This document shows, in pieces, positions 11,952 through 25,945 of a stretch of DNA of 64,000 nucleotides (the first letter of the stretch is position 1; each line of letters starts with the position of its first letter). This DNA comes from Camelus ferus (Eukaryota), in assembly GCF_009834535.1 (NCBI RefSeq), contig NC_045696.1:37822001-37886000 (forward strand), read 5' to 3'. The notes beneath the pieces are model-generated. The model was not told the DNA's origin. It ran no database searches and worked only from the letters and a program-made list of their open reading frames with translations. The translations under genes and the position numbers were made by a program.

Positions 11952-13919
11952 AAAGCTTCTATTTTAAATACCCATGCACATTTATTAGGAAGAAGGCAAT
12001 AAATATAATCAGGGTCATAGGACCATTGTGTAGAACAGTGAGGGTAATTATCTTTAAAGAGTTCACAGGAACTAGCAATAATGAACCAGAAAATTAAGCC
12101 CAGTGGAATTAACCTGAAAATCCAATCAATGGCTTACTCACTGAGAGATAAATGAAGAGTTTTGTATAGTTACAGGTTAGAGCTTTGTATCATGTGTAAT
12201 GTACAGGGTATACATATGCATAAGAGAAAATTTCAGCAAACAAAATAAGGGATTGTGGTAAAAACTCCAGACAAGAGAAAAATCATAAATTAAATTGATA
12301 ACCTACTGGGAAATGGCATACCACTATGAAGATATAATAGTTGTCATTTTTTCCCATTCACATATGATATAATTTTGCTATCTTTTGAACAATTAACTTT
12401 TTAAAATACATTACTACATCTCATAAGAAATGTGATAAATAACAATATTGAAGATCAATTTTGAACATATATTTTGCAAGAGTTTCTGATTACATTTCTT
12501 GAAATGACAACTTAAGAGTAGAAACAAAATAATGAAAAATGACATCAATTTAATTATGTAATAACACATAGTTGTGTAGTTATGTAATCATAACTATGTA
12601 ATGAAGTTTCCTAATTGGAAAAAACCACATCAGTATAATACAGATCATAACATACCACATTAACAGAAAAAAAATGACATGGTCTTTAATATTTTTCATT
12701 GACTAACCCATCCCGATCTAAGTAAATGTTTAGACACCAGTATATAATAATTTATATTGCAATGTAGAGTTAAAAATATGCAATATATAAAAACAAAGGT
12801 ATTTAGTAGATAACCCAAATTAATGCATAATATAAAGTTTTAGAACAGAGAAATCTCATCGTACATTCAAAGACAACTATAAACATAATGAAAGCGCAGT
12901 GTAACCATGACTACATTCCAAATGAATTACACATGGACAGCTGTCGGTACATTCAATTAGACACAGTCTATCATATAAATTCCATTTGCTCATTAGCTTT
13001 ATCCTTTAATGCTGAACTGCTTCATTTAAGATCAGCAGGGGAAGTGTGTATATAGGAAACTATTGAACCTATTGACAAGTAACATATTGAGTATCTCGGA
13101 TTTTATTGTCAGTTACCTGCAGTTTTTCAAAATGTCATTTATATGAGTTTTCTCCCCTTGAGTTATTTTTGCCTTTGTTAAGCTCTTCCACCCTTTCACT
13201 AAAATCAAAATCATTCTATTGATTCATTCTTAGTAGAAAACTTTCATTAAGTGCAGTAAAATTTGTATTGTTTTCACACCCTATCTATTACATTTGGAAA
13301 AACAAGGCAGATATAAATTTATTAACTTTTCTCCCTTCTTTAATTCCACTATTCAGTGAGTTGTGTTTATTTTACCTTTTGCAAAGGATTCCAAATAAAC
13401 CTGGTTATTTTTGCCTTATTAATTTTAAAAGTGTATTGTCAGTCTCACTACTCTGGCTGGAGTAGTCATAGCTAGCTAACAATACCCCATCACCCATCTT
13501 TTAAAATTCATATGCTGAATTTAATGTTGTTTTGAATTATGAAATGATAGAGTAAATAATTTTGGAGTGGATCTCCTTCTCCTGACAGCAGATAGTCGAT
13601 CAAAAATTACTCTTAAATTTATGTCAGTTATTTTTTTCTTATCAACTTTATTACTGGCTTAACTGAGACACAACATATTTTTCCTCCTTGAGGATTTATT
13701 TCTTTGAATCTACGTTCATGTCTTTTGTGAATTTCTTACTTCTTCTTACTATTATAACATTGTAGCCAAATTTTGACAGGGTAGGTTATTGCTAGGCATT
13801 CTGTCAATTTATAAAGTAACTTCATTATTATAAAAATCCTATTTTATTGAAGTATATTATCTGTGCAATATTATATGTTGAAGGTGCCCAATATAGTAAT
13901 TCACAATTTTTACAAAACA

Positions 13920-14008
13920 GTGTAGAAGTATACCATTTACTACTGAAAAAATATCCCTTTATAAGTGAACCCACACAGTTCAAACCCACTTTGTTCAAAG
14001 GTCAACTA
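13920..14008. mobile_element. Tigger2-type MITE, one end only
   Basis: ataagtgaacccacacagttcaaacccactttgttcaaaggtcaact matches the end of the 39475-39690 element. Confidence 0.75.
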
Positions 14009-14074
14009 TAATATAAATACATCAGTTCTCCTAAAAGCAATTTATAAATTTAATTTAGTACTATTAATTGTATT

Positions 14075-14885
14075 TTCTTTATTTTAAAATAACTTCAGAT
14101 TCAATAGAAATTGCAAAAATATTACAGAGAGTTTGTTTGTATCCTTTATCTACCTTCCCTAATGGTATCATCTTAAGAAATTACATTATTAAAACCAGTT
14201 TTTTGACATTTTAAAAACTATTACCAGTACTAGGCACCTTATTAGATTTTATGAAGTTTACCTGCAATCATTCTTTTCTATATAGTTATATGAAATTTCA
14301 TCACATGTATAGATTAATGCAACCACAGTCAGATTACAAAACTGTTTAATACTTACAAGTAAACTCCTTTGGCTACCCTCTAATAGTCACATCCTTCCCC
14401 AACTTAAGTTCCGTCAAACATTTTCTGTTCTCTGTTACTATGATCATGTCACATTGAGAAAGCTATATAAAAAGAACCGAACAATACACAACCTTTTCTG
14501 ATTGGTATTTTTGTTCAATATGATTCCCTCGAGTTTTACAATGTTGAATGAATCAGTATTTTGTTCCTTTTTATTGCTGAGTTCTATTCTACTATATGCA
14601 TATGTCACAGTTTGTCTATTTACCTGTAGCAGAAATGTGTGTTCCTTTTTTTTTGACTATTAGGGATAATATAGCTATGAACATTTTATGTGCAGACTTA
14701 TGTTAAACATAGGTTTTCATTTTTTTAGGAAAAATATTTACAGTGTAATTGTTGTGCAGTATGGCAAGTATAATTTTAACATCATAAGAAACCACCAAAA
14801 TTTTCCAGGGTGACTGTACTATTTTACATTCCTACCATTGCTATATGAGAGATAACAGTCCCTCTACCATTATACTTGGTATAGA
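14075..14885 (-). mobile_element. Old L1MC-like 3' region, antisense
   Basis: aaattgcaaaaatattacagagagt; ttttgttcctttttattgctgagt; aaccaccaaaattttccagggtgactgtactattttacattcc. Confidence 0.8.
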
Positions 14886-14912
14886 ATACTATGCTTTTGA
14901 AATATGCCCATG

Positions 14913-15406
14913 TGAGACAGGCTGGCACCTAGGACCTGGGACCCTTTGCTGCAGTGCTTGCACAGGCAGGGACCTGGGACCCTGGCTTGCAGTGCTTACA
15001 CCAGAACAAATGCCTCCTCCAGCAACAGAATACAAGGAACTGTAAGGGACTAAAAATAACTACATGCATGCATGGGCAACAAGCTACAAAAAGACCAAAA
15101 AACCAACTATTTCTGAAGTGTTGGAGCAAAAGCAGGGTTCTGCACATGATCCCTGCACATAGCACCACCAAGGGGGTGGACAGACCACCTAAGCCACCCC
15201 GCCAGTCCAACCCCTGGACCCACCCCTATCCTCACCTTTTTAAGAGATCAGTTTGGCCCCCCTCAGGGAGTGAGCAAGAGAACCCATTACTTGTTTTCAC
15301 TTCCTCATGCTGTAGCCTGAGTCCCAATAAAGCTTGTCTAAATTTTTCATCTTGCCTCTTATCAATTTCTATTGACTGGGGAGTCCAAGAACCCTGGCCA
15401 GTAACA
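14913..15406 (+). mobile_element. ERV1-type solo LTR
   Basis: TG...CA termini (tgagacagg ... ccagtaaca), AATAAA at about 15327, GC-rich against its flanks, imperfect 4-bp TSD catg/tatg, internal ~30-bp tandem duplication (ggacctgggaccct..tgcagtgctt). Confidence 0.85.
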
Positions 15407-18400
15407 TATGTTGTATTAATTACAAATGTTTAATTACAAATTATTAATTACAAATGTTAATGTTAATGTTTAACCAAACTTTCATTATTTAATTTTCATC
15501 ATACTGATTTTTATAATTTGTAATTAATACAAGCATTAAATATCTATATCCCATAGATATTCTATGGGAATATCTATTATATTTTACTTATCTGTTCTCA
15601 AACAATGGTCTCTTAACTTCTCCCTGTCTTCTTATTTCTAAACACATGCTCTGTAAAATACGTGTATATAAATTTCACTGCTGTATAGTCTAATATTGAG
15701 ATCACAAGATAAGTATGTTAATAAACAGTGCCGGATTTCTTTCCAAAATAGCTGTACCTGTGTTCTTCTCTAAGATGAATTTCTATTTCCCATCTCCTAA
15801 CCAAACTTTCATTATTTAATTTTCACCATACTGATTTTTATAATTAGCATTTCTTTATTATTTTAATTTGAGCATCTCTGACTGCTAGTGAGTTTGAGCA
15901 TCTCTATGACAATTACTTGCACATCAGATGTCCCCTTCAGTGAATTGTGTGTTGAATCACACATTATATTTCTCCTGGGTTTTCTAACTTTTTCTGATTT
16001 TAAAGAATTTCTTGGAATACTGTTATCCTCTTGTTTCTTTTACATACTGCAAGAATTTTCTCCAGTAATGCCACTTGGCTACAATTTCTTTGTAAACAAA
16101 TTCCTTAATTTGTGTGTAGTCAAATCCATTATTTTTTATACAGCAAAAAAAGAACATTCTGGATATTATTCAGTAAGTTTTTCTACAACTTAGCTATGAA
16201 ATGTTCTGTCTGCTTAATTGGGGCTTATATAAAAGGAGCATATTTAGTGAATGAAAATTAGTTTGTAGAACTCTAAGTCTTCTCAATACTATAAGTTTTG
16301 TCTTTAAAAGAATTAGAAAATATTGACCTGCCCATTAAAATTTTTTTCCATTCTCAATCATTTTTATAGGAGAATGAAAATTGAAATCACATTTCTTACT
16401 CTTACTTTCACATATGATTTTAAAGTGTGAAACAGTGCTCTTGAAATTTTACATCACATATCTCATACTGTGAAAAGTTCATTTCATATCAACAAGAAAA
16501 ATTGTTGTTTCTTTTCCTCCAGAAAATAGCCTTTCCCCATAAAGGTCCTGACCCAAGATGACACACAGCATGGTATGCTGTGTTACAAGACCAAAGTCGC
16601 CTGTAATTTAAAATACAATACTGAAACTCACTTCTCTCAAAAAGGGCTTCACTAGTGAGGCTTAATTTAGAGAGAGAGAAAGAAAAATAAATAGGTAAAT
16701 AGGTAGAGATAGTGAAGGAAAATAGATGGATAACTTAAATTGTTCCCCCCAAAAAAGAGTGTGAAAAGCAACAGAACCAGTAGGTTATGTTAAACAGTAA
16801 GAGAGAAAGTTCCACAGTGTGGAGTGCTCTTATAGAGGATTGTGTTGGTAAGAATTTGAGTGGCTACTGATGAAGTCTGAAGATGATCAATTATAAGTGT
16901 AATATTTCTTGAGTTGTATTCTATCCAAAATTATGTGCATATTTGTTTAAATATGAAAACAATTTTACTAATATTTTAGAATTTTCCTTAAACTTTCATA
17001 TAAAACTAATACTGGACCATATTTATTTTGTGGCTCAGCATGTTAAACCCACCCTGACATGCACCTCTCGGGGGGGTTCTCATTCCCCAGTTTTAGAAAT
17101 ATGGACTACTCAGCAAAAACAAAGGAAAATAAAGCTAAAATAGAAATGAATGGTGATCATTGGACTTGGAAAATTAGATTAATGAATGCTTAACTTGCAC
17201 CAAATGTATCTATGTTACTTAGCTAAAGCCATTGCAGGGACACAAACACAGAATGGCTAAGCTTTATGCTAAAGTAATTTAATATCTAGTTTAATATCTA
17301 GTTGGTTAGACAAAATAAATATGTAAAAATTAAATTTTAATGCAAGCTGGAAATGTTACAAAATGCTGGTTGGGGCAGGGGGAAACAGTGAGTTATGAAT
17401 GGTTGAACAAAAACGATGGATAAAAAAATTCCAAGAGAATTGTTGACTATTTAGGATAGTCCAGATTTTTAATACATCCACTTGAACGAGAAAAAAATCT
17501 GCTTTATATATTTGTAATAAAATTATCAATTGAGTTACTATTCTTAAAACATCAGAGAGAATACCTTGCATGTAGATGGCACTGGACACGAATGAGTAAA
17601 TACATTACATATAATACTTAGAGCAGGCATTAGAAAGATGATATACTTTTTTTTTTTTTTGTCAGGAGAATAATAACTTTTATATCCGCTACTAATCATT
17701 AAAGCAATCTACGCTTCTGATACCCTGGAAGTTGGCGCAAAATTTACCAGTGCAAGAAACAAGTACTGTTTTCACATTTTCACGCATTTTGGTGTTAATG
17801 CTTATTTACAATAAGAAAGACCCAAATGGTACATTCTTTTCAATAGACTTTTTTCCCTTGCAAATATTAAAAACTGTAATGAATGAAAAACTTTTGCATC
17901 CCAAAGTACCGTGAAAAAGCACATGAATAATTCATTCTATTCAATATATAATTGACTTGATAACAAAAATAGCACAATTAGATGACTCTTTACTTAATTA
18001 TATCAAATAAGTAAAAGAGGCATTTTTTCCAAAATAGTCTTTTTGTTCTACAATTGTGTCTCTGCTATGTATAAATATGTATATAAGGTTGAAAACATTA
18101 AATTGATTTAATTAATTTTAAATTAAATTACACTAATTGAGCATTATTCTGTATGTCACATTTCATTTTAATCTGACCCTTGAAAAAAATATAACAGATT
18201 ATCTTATAATAGCATACAAATAATAAAAAATAATCAAGTTCAGATTAATAATACAGTGAGATATTCACTCTAAATAACACATTAGACAGTTCTAAAGTCA
18301 ATTGATTATACATTGAAAAGTTATAATAAGAAGGAAAGCCTCCTTTTGCTTATACTTGAGTAACAATTTCAGTTGAACAATGTAATGAAAAAAATTCTTT

Positions 18401-18775
18401 CAAACTTTTTGATATTAGATACCACAAGCTATTGCAATATCCATTATTCAAAATAATTGGTGAAAATATAGATAAGAAGAAATGGCAGGCTCTATTTTTA
18501 TCTGATACCATTTAGATCTCACTTATGAAATGTTGTAGAAAAATAGTCATACCATCACTGAAAATTAGGAATATATTACAATGTATATTTCTTAGATAAT
18601 TGCAAAAGACATGATGGAGAGAAAAACAAAAAAAGTATTTCTTAGTTGAATAATTTTAAACAAGATGTGTATCATAACTCTGAGAGATTCCCAAAATATA
18701 ATAAACATTAAAGGTAAGGACAAGTCCCGTAGCAAATCACCTTCTTAGACCTTTTCAAACCTAGATGATTGAAAG

Positions 18776-18836
18776 TGAGAAAGAGAGAGAGAGACAGAGA
18801 GAGAGGGAGAGAGAGAGATAGAGAAAGAGAGAGAGA
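18776..18836. repeat. (GA)n microsatellite
   Basis: Directly visible. Confidence 0.9.
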
Positions 18837-18884
18837 AGTCTTTAAAGACTTCGAAGTGTTACAGAGTAAGTTTTTCTTATACAC

Positions 18885-19470
18885 ACTTTGGGAAACTTAG
18901 TGGCCTAAAACATACGAACAAAAAATGTTCTTCTATATTTCAAGAGTTCTGAAGTTCAAAAGTCTAAAATGTTCTGTCTAAAATCAAAGTTGTTAAAAGG
19001 GCCACATTCCCTCTGAAGTTTCTAAGGTGAGAAATGAGTTCCTTGATTTTTCTCTCCGCTACAGGCTGCCCGGAATCTTTGGCTTGTGGCCCCATCTCCC
19101 ATCCTTAAATCTAACAGCATGGTATCTTCAAATCTTCCTCCTCTCTGACTCCTGCCTCCCTCTTACCAGGACTCTTGATTGCATTGGGTACACCCAAATA
19201 ATTCAGTATGATCTCCCCGTATTGACTCTTAACTTAATCACATCTGCAAAGTGTCTCTTTCCTTACAAGGTAATAAATTCACAGATTTTTAAGATTCGGC
19301 CATGAATTTATTCTTGAAGCCATTATTCTGCCTACCACAGTATACCTATTGACTCCCCCCACATCACGTCCATCCCACATGCAAAATACATTTATCCTAT
19401 CTAACATCCCCAAAAGTCTCAATTCATTATAACATCAATTCAAAGTCTCAAGGGTCACCTAAATCTCAAT
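18885..19470 (-). mobile_element. MaLR MLT1 LTR plus adjoining internal sequence
   Basis: ttggcttgtggcccc, ttaacttaatcacatctgcaaagt, cattattctgcctaccaca (LTR start, about 19339), then catcccacatgcaaaatacatt..ccccaaaagtctcaa (MLT1-int-like). Confidence 0.82.
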
Positions 19471-19509
19471 AGCTCAGACTGTTTCTCTGGAGAACCCTCA
19501 GTAATACAG

Positions 19510-20650
19510 TATACATCTTTAATTTATCACAGTCTATGTTCAAATGATAACACACCACTTCATAAGTGTATAAAATCCTTACAATAGTTTACTTCCATTA
19601 TTTACCATCCAGCCTTTATGCAATTGTTATAAATTTTACCTCTACGTTTCTACAAACCCATACTGCATTTATATTATTAGTTACATAGTCAAATATATGT
19701 AAAGTAGTTAAACATAAGAAAAACAATCATGTGTTTATCCACATGGTTACAAATTCTGGTTCTCTTCATTTCTTTGTGTTATTTTGTATTCTTCTTTGAT
19801 ATCATCATATTTCTTCAGTTTGAAGGATATTATTTAACATTTCTTGTAGTGTAGGTCTGTTGGTGATGAAGTCTTTCAGTTTATGCATGTCTGAAAGAGG
19901 CTCAGATCTGTCTTGAGTTTTGAAATTTTTTATGCTGGTTACCAAATTTCAACTTGGCAGTTGGTCTTCCTTTTTCAGATTTAAAAATATTGCTCCACTA
20001 TCTTGCTGCTTTCACTGTCTCTCACAAAAAAAATCTAAAATCATCATTATCGTTTGTCCTGTGGGTATAACATGATCTTTTTCTCTGGCTTCTTTTAAAG
20101 TTTTCTTTTTATCCATGATTTTGAGTGATTTAAATGTCATAGGCCTTGGCGTAATTTCATTCACATTTCTAGGGATTAAGTTTCATAAAGCTTCTTGAAT
20201 TTGTGTTTTAGAGTTTGCAAAACATTTGGAAAATTTTACAGTTATTTCTTCAAGTATTTATTCATCTCAACTTCTCTCCTACAGTTGCAGACTCAATTTG
20301 CACATATATTAAGCTGCTTACAATTATTCCATTTCTCACTGATTATTTCTTTATTAATTTTTAGTGGGTTTTTGCTATTAATGTTTCATTTTGGGTCATT
20401 TCTATTAATAGATCTTTAAGATCACTAATGTTTTATTTTGTAATATTTAATATACCATTTTCATTTCTAAAATATTTTATGGATTGTTTTAATATCTTAC
20501 ATATTTCTACTTAACACATTCAAGTTTTCATTTAGATTTTTGAACAAGTGGAATACAGTTACGATGTCATTTTTAATGTTTTATATATTTTACTCCATTT
20601 TTAATTGTTGCACTTGTGAGGACAAATCCAGTCATTTTTACTGTATCTCG
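19510..20650 (-). mobile_element. Old L1M 5'/ORF1 region, antisense
   Basis: tttaacatttcttgtagtgtaggtctgttggtgatgaagtctttcagt; ttttctctggcttcttttaaag; tttggaaaattttacagttatttcttcaa. Confidence 0.8.
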
Positions 20651-22829
20651 GTAGAAATTCTTGCATGCACCATTTTGTGAGCAAGTTTGTTTATCATGAA
20701 ATTGTTCCACAGTAGGTTCTATTATTACCATATCATTATTGCTATTGCATTCATAATACTCTAAGCTTAACTCTCTTTGATTTCATGGACCTGTAAAGAT
20801 GAATCACAGACTATGGCCCACAAGGACTCAATTGAGATAAAGTGATGAATCCCTGTCCTGGTGACAAGCCAGCTGTCTTGCTGTATTTATCTAAACTTCC
20901 TTTTTATAGTCTTCTGACATCAGCAGATATCACTTTCCAGTGTGTTATTTACAATGAAAAATAGAATTAATGTTAAGGATTGCTTTGCATTTCCAATTCT
21001 TCTTAGTCTAAAAGGACATTTCTAGTTTACTAGGTAATATTTTAAATCATTTATTTAAATCAGAGTAGCCATCATCTTATACATGTTTTAAAGATGTTGA
21101 TCTTCTTAATGTACGTTTTAATAATTTGTTATTTAACTTTCCAAGTTTGTTTGCTATTCAGTTGTTCACACAGACTATAATCTTTCCATCGTGGCTGAAA
21201 TCTAACCCCAGATGGAGACAGCACTGTTATGTTGGCAATGTTTTGTTGTTGTTATTGTTGTTAAGCATTGTCAACTATAGTAGGAACATCTTAAGGGAAA
21301 CTGTTACTGAAAATAGTGACAATCATGGATGATTAATACACACATAAAAATTTTTGAGTTAGAAATCCACTTTACGCTTGAGAAGTTAGTGAAATCATGG
21401 GACAAGTGTTACTAAACAGAATCGAGGAATAAAATAAAATCATTAACTAGACTTATTAGATTGTGATTTTATGGAGTATGCTGATTCAAGCAAAGATAGA
21501 GATTGTTCATTTTGAAATTGTAATATCTGGTATTAAAATAATATCATCAGTGATACTCATGATAATAAATCAGTGTCTTAAGAAATCCTTTGTGAATCAG
21601 TAGACTCAATAAATACTGAATGTGAAAGCTAAACACCAGTATGTAAGTTTACGCTTGGGTATGAATACTAAAACAAATTTAAAGCTTGAGATTATATTTC
21701 TTTCAAATTCAAAATACATATTTGTCAAGAATGTATTTACGGAAAATTAATAGTTTCTTGATTTAACAAAATCACATGAAAATAGTTGCTTAAGTAACTT
21801 AGACCTCCAGGTTTCAATGAACTGTGGATACCACAGACACACATTTTGGGATTAAAATTTAAGTGAATATATCTTTAGCTATAGAACTAAGACCTAGTTT
21901 GCATATGTTCCTGCTCCTTACTTAAGGAGAAGTTACTAAGTAGGGAGAAGGATTAATTAAAGATAACACTCAAATTTATCTAGCTTTATAGAATGGAGAA
22001 TTTTTTTGTTAGTGAAAGACATAAACAAAATGACAGAAATATATAGTTACCAGTATCTATATAAAAGATAACTTTTAACATTCTGAGGATATTTACACTT
22101 TTTAATAACTGAAGAAGTTTACCTATTTTTTAAATATTCAAAATTAGTATCCTAACAATATGTCATTGCAGGCCTTACAAGCTTTACCCATGACCAGCTC
22201 AACACTGCGTAAGCTAGAACCATGGAATACACATTGAAGGTATCCAGGAAACAAAAGAGTCACCAAAAAGTCTGCCTGGTATTTGCTGTAAGAAGAATTA
22301 CTTCTTATCATCTCATAGAAGTGTGTTTCCGGTTCCCTCTTTTAAAGATAAACCTGTCTTGGCTCATAAAGTGCTTCCAGTGTCAGGAATTTGAGGGTTG
22401 GAGATGTGTCTCAATTGTCATTGTACTCACAGAGCAGAGGGGAAAATCCTACACACATTAAACAGATTAGTAAGTACTGAGGAATGTTAGCATTCTTTTT
22501 CCTCCCAAGAACTTCACACCAACTTCTATCATGTTATAGGTACTCTTTCCTACCTAGTCTACATCCTACACTATTAGTACTGGTTGACGGTTTTTAAATG
22601 GAAGAAATAACACCTGACCAACCTAATTCATGAAGACACAGTTGTAATTCTAGTGAATGTTTTTTTTTAATGTCACACTATATAAAATTTTGACTATTTA
22701 TCAGACACTGTGTCATGCCTATTCTGTAAATTGATGATTATTTATTAAAATAAAAGAAATAAGTAATTTTCAACAGAACTTTTACCCTGTACTAGACAGG
22801 GTGACCCATTTTAATTATTTTGATCCTTT

Positions 22830-23330
22830 CATGTAGTCATCCAACTCATAAAGCAAATAGATACTCACTATCTATGTACCAAGGATTTTTTCTCCTCACT
22901 GGGAATTCAATAAATGTAAGAAAAAGAAGCCTCACATCTCTCTTTTTTCATTGTCTTTCCCCCTCTATCCTTATATTCAATTGACAGGAGTAAACTTGAC
23001 ATACAATTTGAAAAGAAAATATCAGGTAATAAAAAGGGTTACTGGGAAAATTTAGGTAACATTATGTTAGAGAACAATTTCTACCTTTGCTCTTTTTATG
23101 GAAAATCTACCTTAGGAGGTGACATTTAAATTGAAATTTTGAGAAGGGAGCAAATCCTGCAAAATCAAAATCACACTGAAGAGCTTTTAATGCAGAAGAA
23201 ATGTTGTCAAGGTAGGAAATGGCTTGAATAGAAAAACGAAAAAAATAAAATAAAAAGCCTAGGATGTCTGTGTCTGGACCAGAGTCAGTGGGAGATGTTA
23301 AAATAAAATAATACGGAAACTAGGCTTGAA
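22830..23330 (-). mobile_element. L2 3' region
   Basis: tactcactatctatgtaccaagg, ggaggtgacatttaaattgaaatttt, followed by further L2-like blocks. Confidence 0.55.
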
Positions 23331-23765
23331 GATCTCTCAGGAAGACAAAACCATTTAAGCCACACGAACAAAATTTAGTTTACCTTTTTCATAAATATAA
23401 GCAAAACATAAATTGTGTTATTTTTTGTAAATGCCTCTAATAATCATGAAATAAACTAAAGTCACTTTTCTAAAACAGTATAAAATAATCACTTTTAACC
23501 AATCCTCTGCCACTTGGAAATCTCCATTGTAACAACCAGTGACTATACAGGTTAAAGAACTTCCTCATGTGTACTAAGTCATCGGTAAGATTATGCCTCT
23601 GAATTTTATAGCAGGTTCATGTTTGAAGCCTCCCAGTTCATGAAAAGTTTGCTTCTCACTCAATAAAATGTTCATTTCAAGGAAAGCACTCTGAATTTTC
23701 TTTTGACACAGACAAAGATACCCAGGGAGAGCCTAGTTAGGTGGTGCAGACTTCTTTGCCATGGC

Positions 23766-24139
23766 TATTATTGGCTGAACTGTGTTCCCCCAAATTCCTA
23801 TGTCGAAGTCTTAACCCCAATAACTTGGAATGTGACTGTATTTGAAGATAGGGTCTTCAAAGAGATAATAATGTTAAAATGAGGTCACTAGGGTTGACTA
23901 ATCCAATATGACTGATATCTCTAAAAGAAGAGGAAATTAGGACACAGACACACAGAGGGAGAACACCATGTGAACATAAAGAAGGCCACACACAAACCAA
24001 GGAGAGAGCCTCGGGAAGAAACCAATCCTCCTGCACCTTGACCTCAGGCCCAAGCCTCCAGAGCTGTGAGAAAATAAATGACAGTTTAAGCCACCCAGTA
24101 TGGTACTTTGTTGTATAGAAGCCCTAGCATATTAATACA
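23766..24139 (+). mobile_element. MLT1A-like MaLR solo LTR inserted in L2
   Basis: gctgaactgtgttcccccaaattcctatgtcgaagtc..gaatgtgactgtatttgaagatagggtc; ends attaataca; near-TSD atggc/ctggc; L2-like sequence continues on both sides. Confidence 0.9.
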
Positions 24140-25514
24140 CTGGCTAAGGAGTTTTTATTTTATTCTTAGCATGAGAGTAAATTATTGAAGGGCTTCCAGC
24201 AAGGGAATTTCATAATCTGTCTGACTTACATTCTTTTAAGAACATTCTGAACACTGTGTACAATTAATTTCTATCAGGTGGTAGAGGGGATTGTAAGGAA
24301 ACCATGCAGAAAGCTTTCTACAGACTAACAAGATATATAAACACCTGTATATTAATTAATATCTGTTCATAAATTTTAGGTGCATACATAATCACAGTGC
24401 TTCACAGTATGTGTTTATTTTGACAGATTTGCGATAGCTCACAATTGGCTACAAACTCACAATTTTATTTTTTGAAGGCTTATTTTAATATCATACTTCA
24501 TAGATAAATCTGAATGCTTAGCTAACTGGCCATATATATCACTGCCCTACTAATGACAAATAAATTTTTGGTTAATTTTGTTTTGTTATTATTTTTTGTT
24601 TTCTCTATCTCAAAGACAGAGAAAAGAACACACTTTCATATATATATATATATAAAATGCAAATAAAAATCAAATTTTCAATCTATGAAAGAAGATCCAC
24701 AAGTTACGAAAGTTTAATACTTTGAAAAATGCACAGTAATGGGAATGAAGGAACACACCATCCTTTGTGGTATGAGGTAAACAACTTAATTAAAAATGCT
24801 TAATTTCTATGAACCTATGTATTAATAGGACCTATTAGAAATGTTGAATTGATGAAAAAGGCAATGATTTAGTGGCAATCAAACAAAAACCAAGCAACTA
24901 CTATAGATATTAAAATACTGATATAAATCACTTAGTTAATCAAAACTCCACATACAAATAACTACTCTCCTTTTAAAATGAGATATTCCATTCTAAAGTA
25001 CATTATTTGCACCTGATTTGATTTACAAAATTATATCATATTGGAATGTAAAGTCGGGTGAACAGCATTCTTCATAGGGATAAAACATATGTTACTGGTA
25101 GCAGTTGCCTGATGAAGCTTCATTATTCAGCTCAGAAATGCTGAAGCTATAATCATTAAACATATGTCAAAGACACAGAAACATAACAGCTCTAGTAAAA
25201 GAGAGAATTAAGATGGGAGAGGGGAATATAAAAGATCTTTATAGAGGCACAAAGAGAACTAGAAATCTAATTATAATAGTTTTTTTTATAAGAGATTCGG
25301 GATTGTCTTCACATCATTTAATTAGAACAAATGAGTAATAGCAAGAGTCACTTTACAAGAGGGCTATTTAAGATAATATTCTACAGGAAAGTTTATGATT
25401 TATTCAAATGGCAGCTACTGCTTCCACCCAGAAGCTGATTATAGTACCAGAAATAACATAAAGGATCTACCTTTTAAGTTTTCTTTTTTCGTGTAAAAAT
25501 ATATGTAAAGGAAA

Positions 25515-25945
25515 TGTCCAGTGGCTTCCCTGAAAGCCAACTCTGAGATGAATATTGAGATGCCAACTATTTATTAGGGATCAATCTCTCTTAAAAGAAA
25601 GGGGAAGAAGAAGAATGGGGAAGAGGAACAAGCCCAACTGTGATACAGGCGGGGCAAAGCCTCAGTCAACCTGTGGAAGGAGCACTTGAGAGAGGAGCAT
25701 CCAGCAAGGTTTTACCTGATGGACAAAAATGGCCAGGCTTTGAGACGCCTGCCTTGCTTAGGCTCCCTTGAGAAAATGTGACTTCAGACAAGGCCAGTCT
25801 CTGCAGCTGAGGCAGCCTCTAAAGAAGTTGACAGTTGAAGGCCATCTGCTGACCACATTCCCCAGATCAAGGCAGCAAGCCCTTTCCTGAAGCTGGATCT
25901 GGGGGGCATATTGGCCTGTCTGCCTCTTTCCACCAACTGTGCTAC
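25515..25945 (-). mobile_element. ERVL-class LTR (LTR16/LTR33-like)
   Basis: tgtcc..ttccctgaaagccaactctgagatg..tttattaggga is the rc of a typical ERVL LTR 3' end with AATAAA. Confidence 0.7.

Noticed and set aside
14954..15433. 159-aa ORF, the longest in the window
   Set aside because: Lies almost wholly within a solo LTR, has no recognisable domain and starts at a non-ATG codon; chance ORF.
17646..17705. Strong acceptor-like (T)n-gtcag
   Set aside because: All three downstream frames stop within about 40 nt and no donor is evident; likely just a poly(T) tract.
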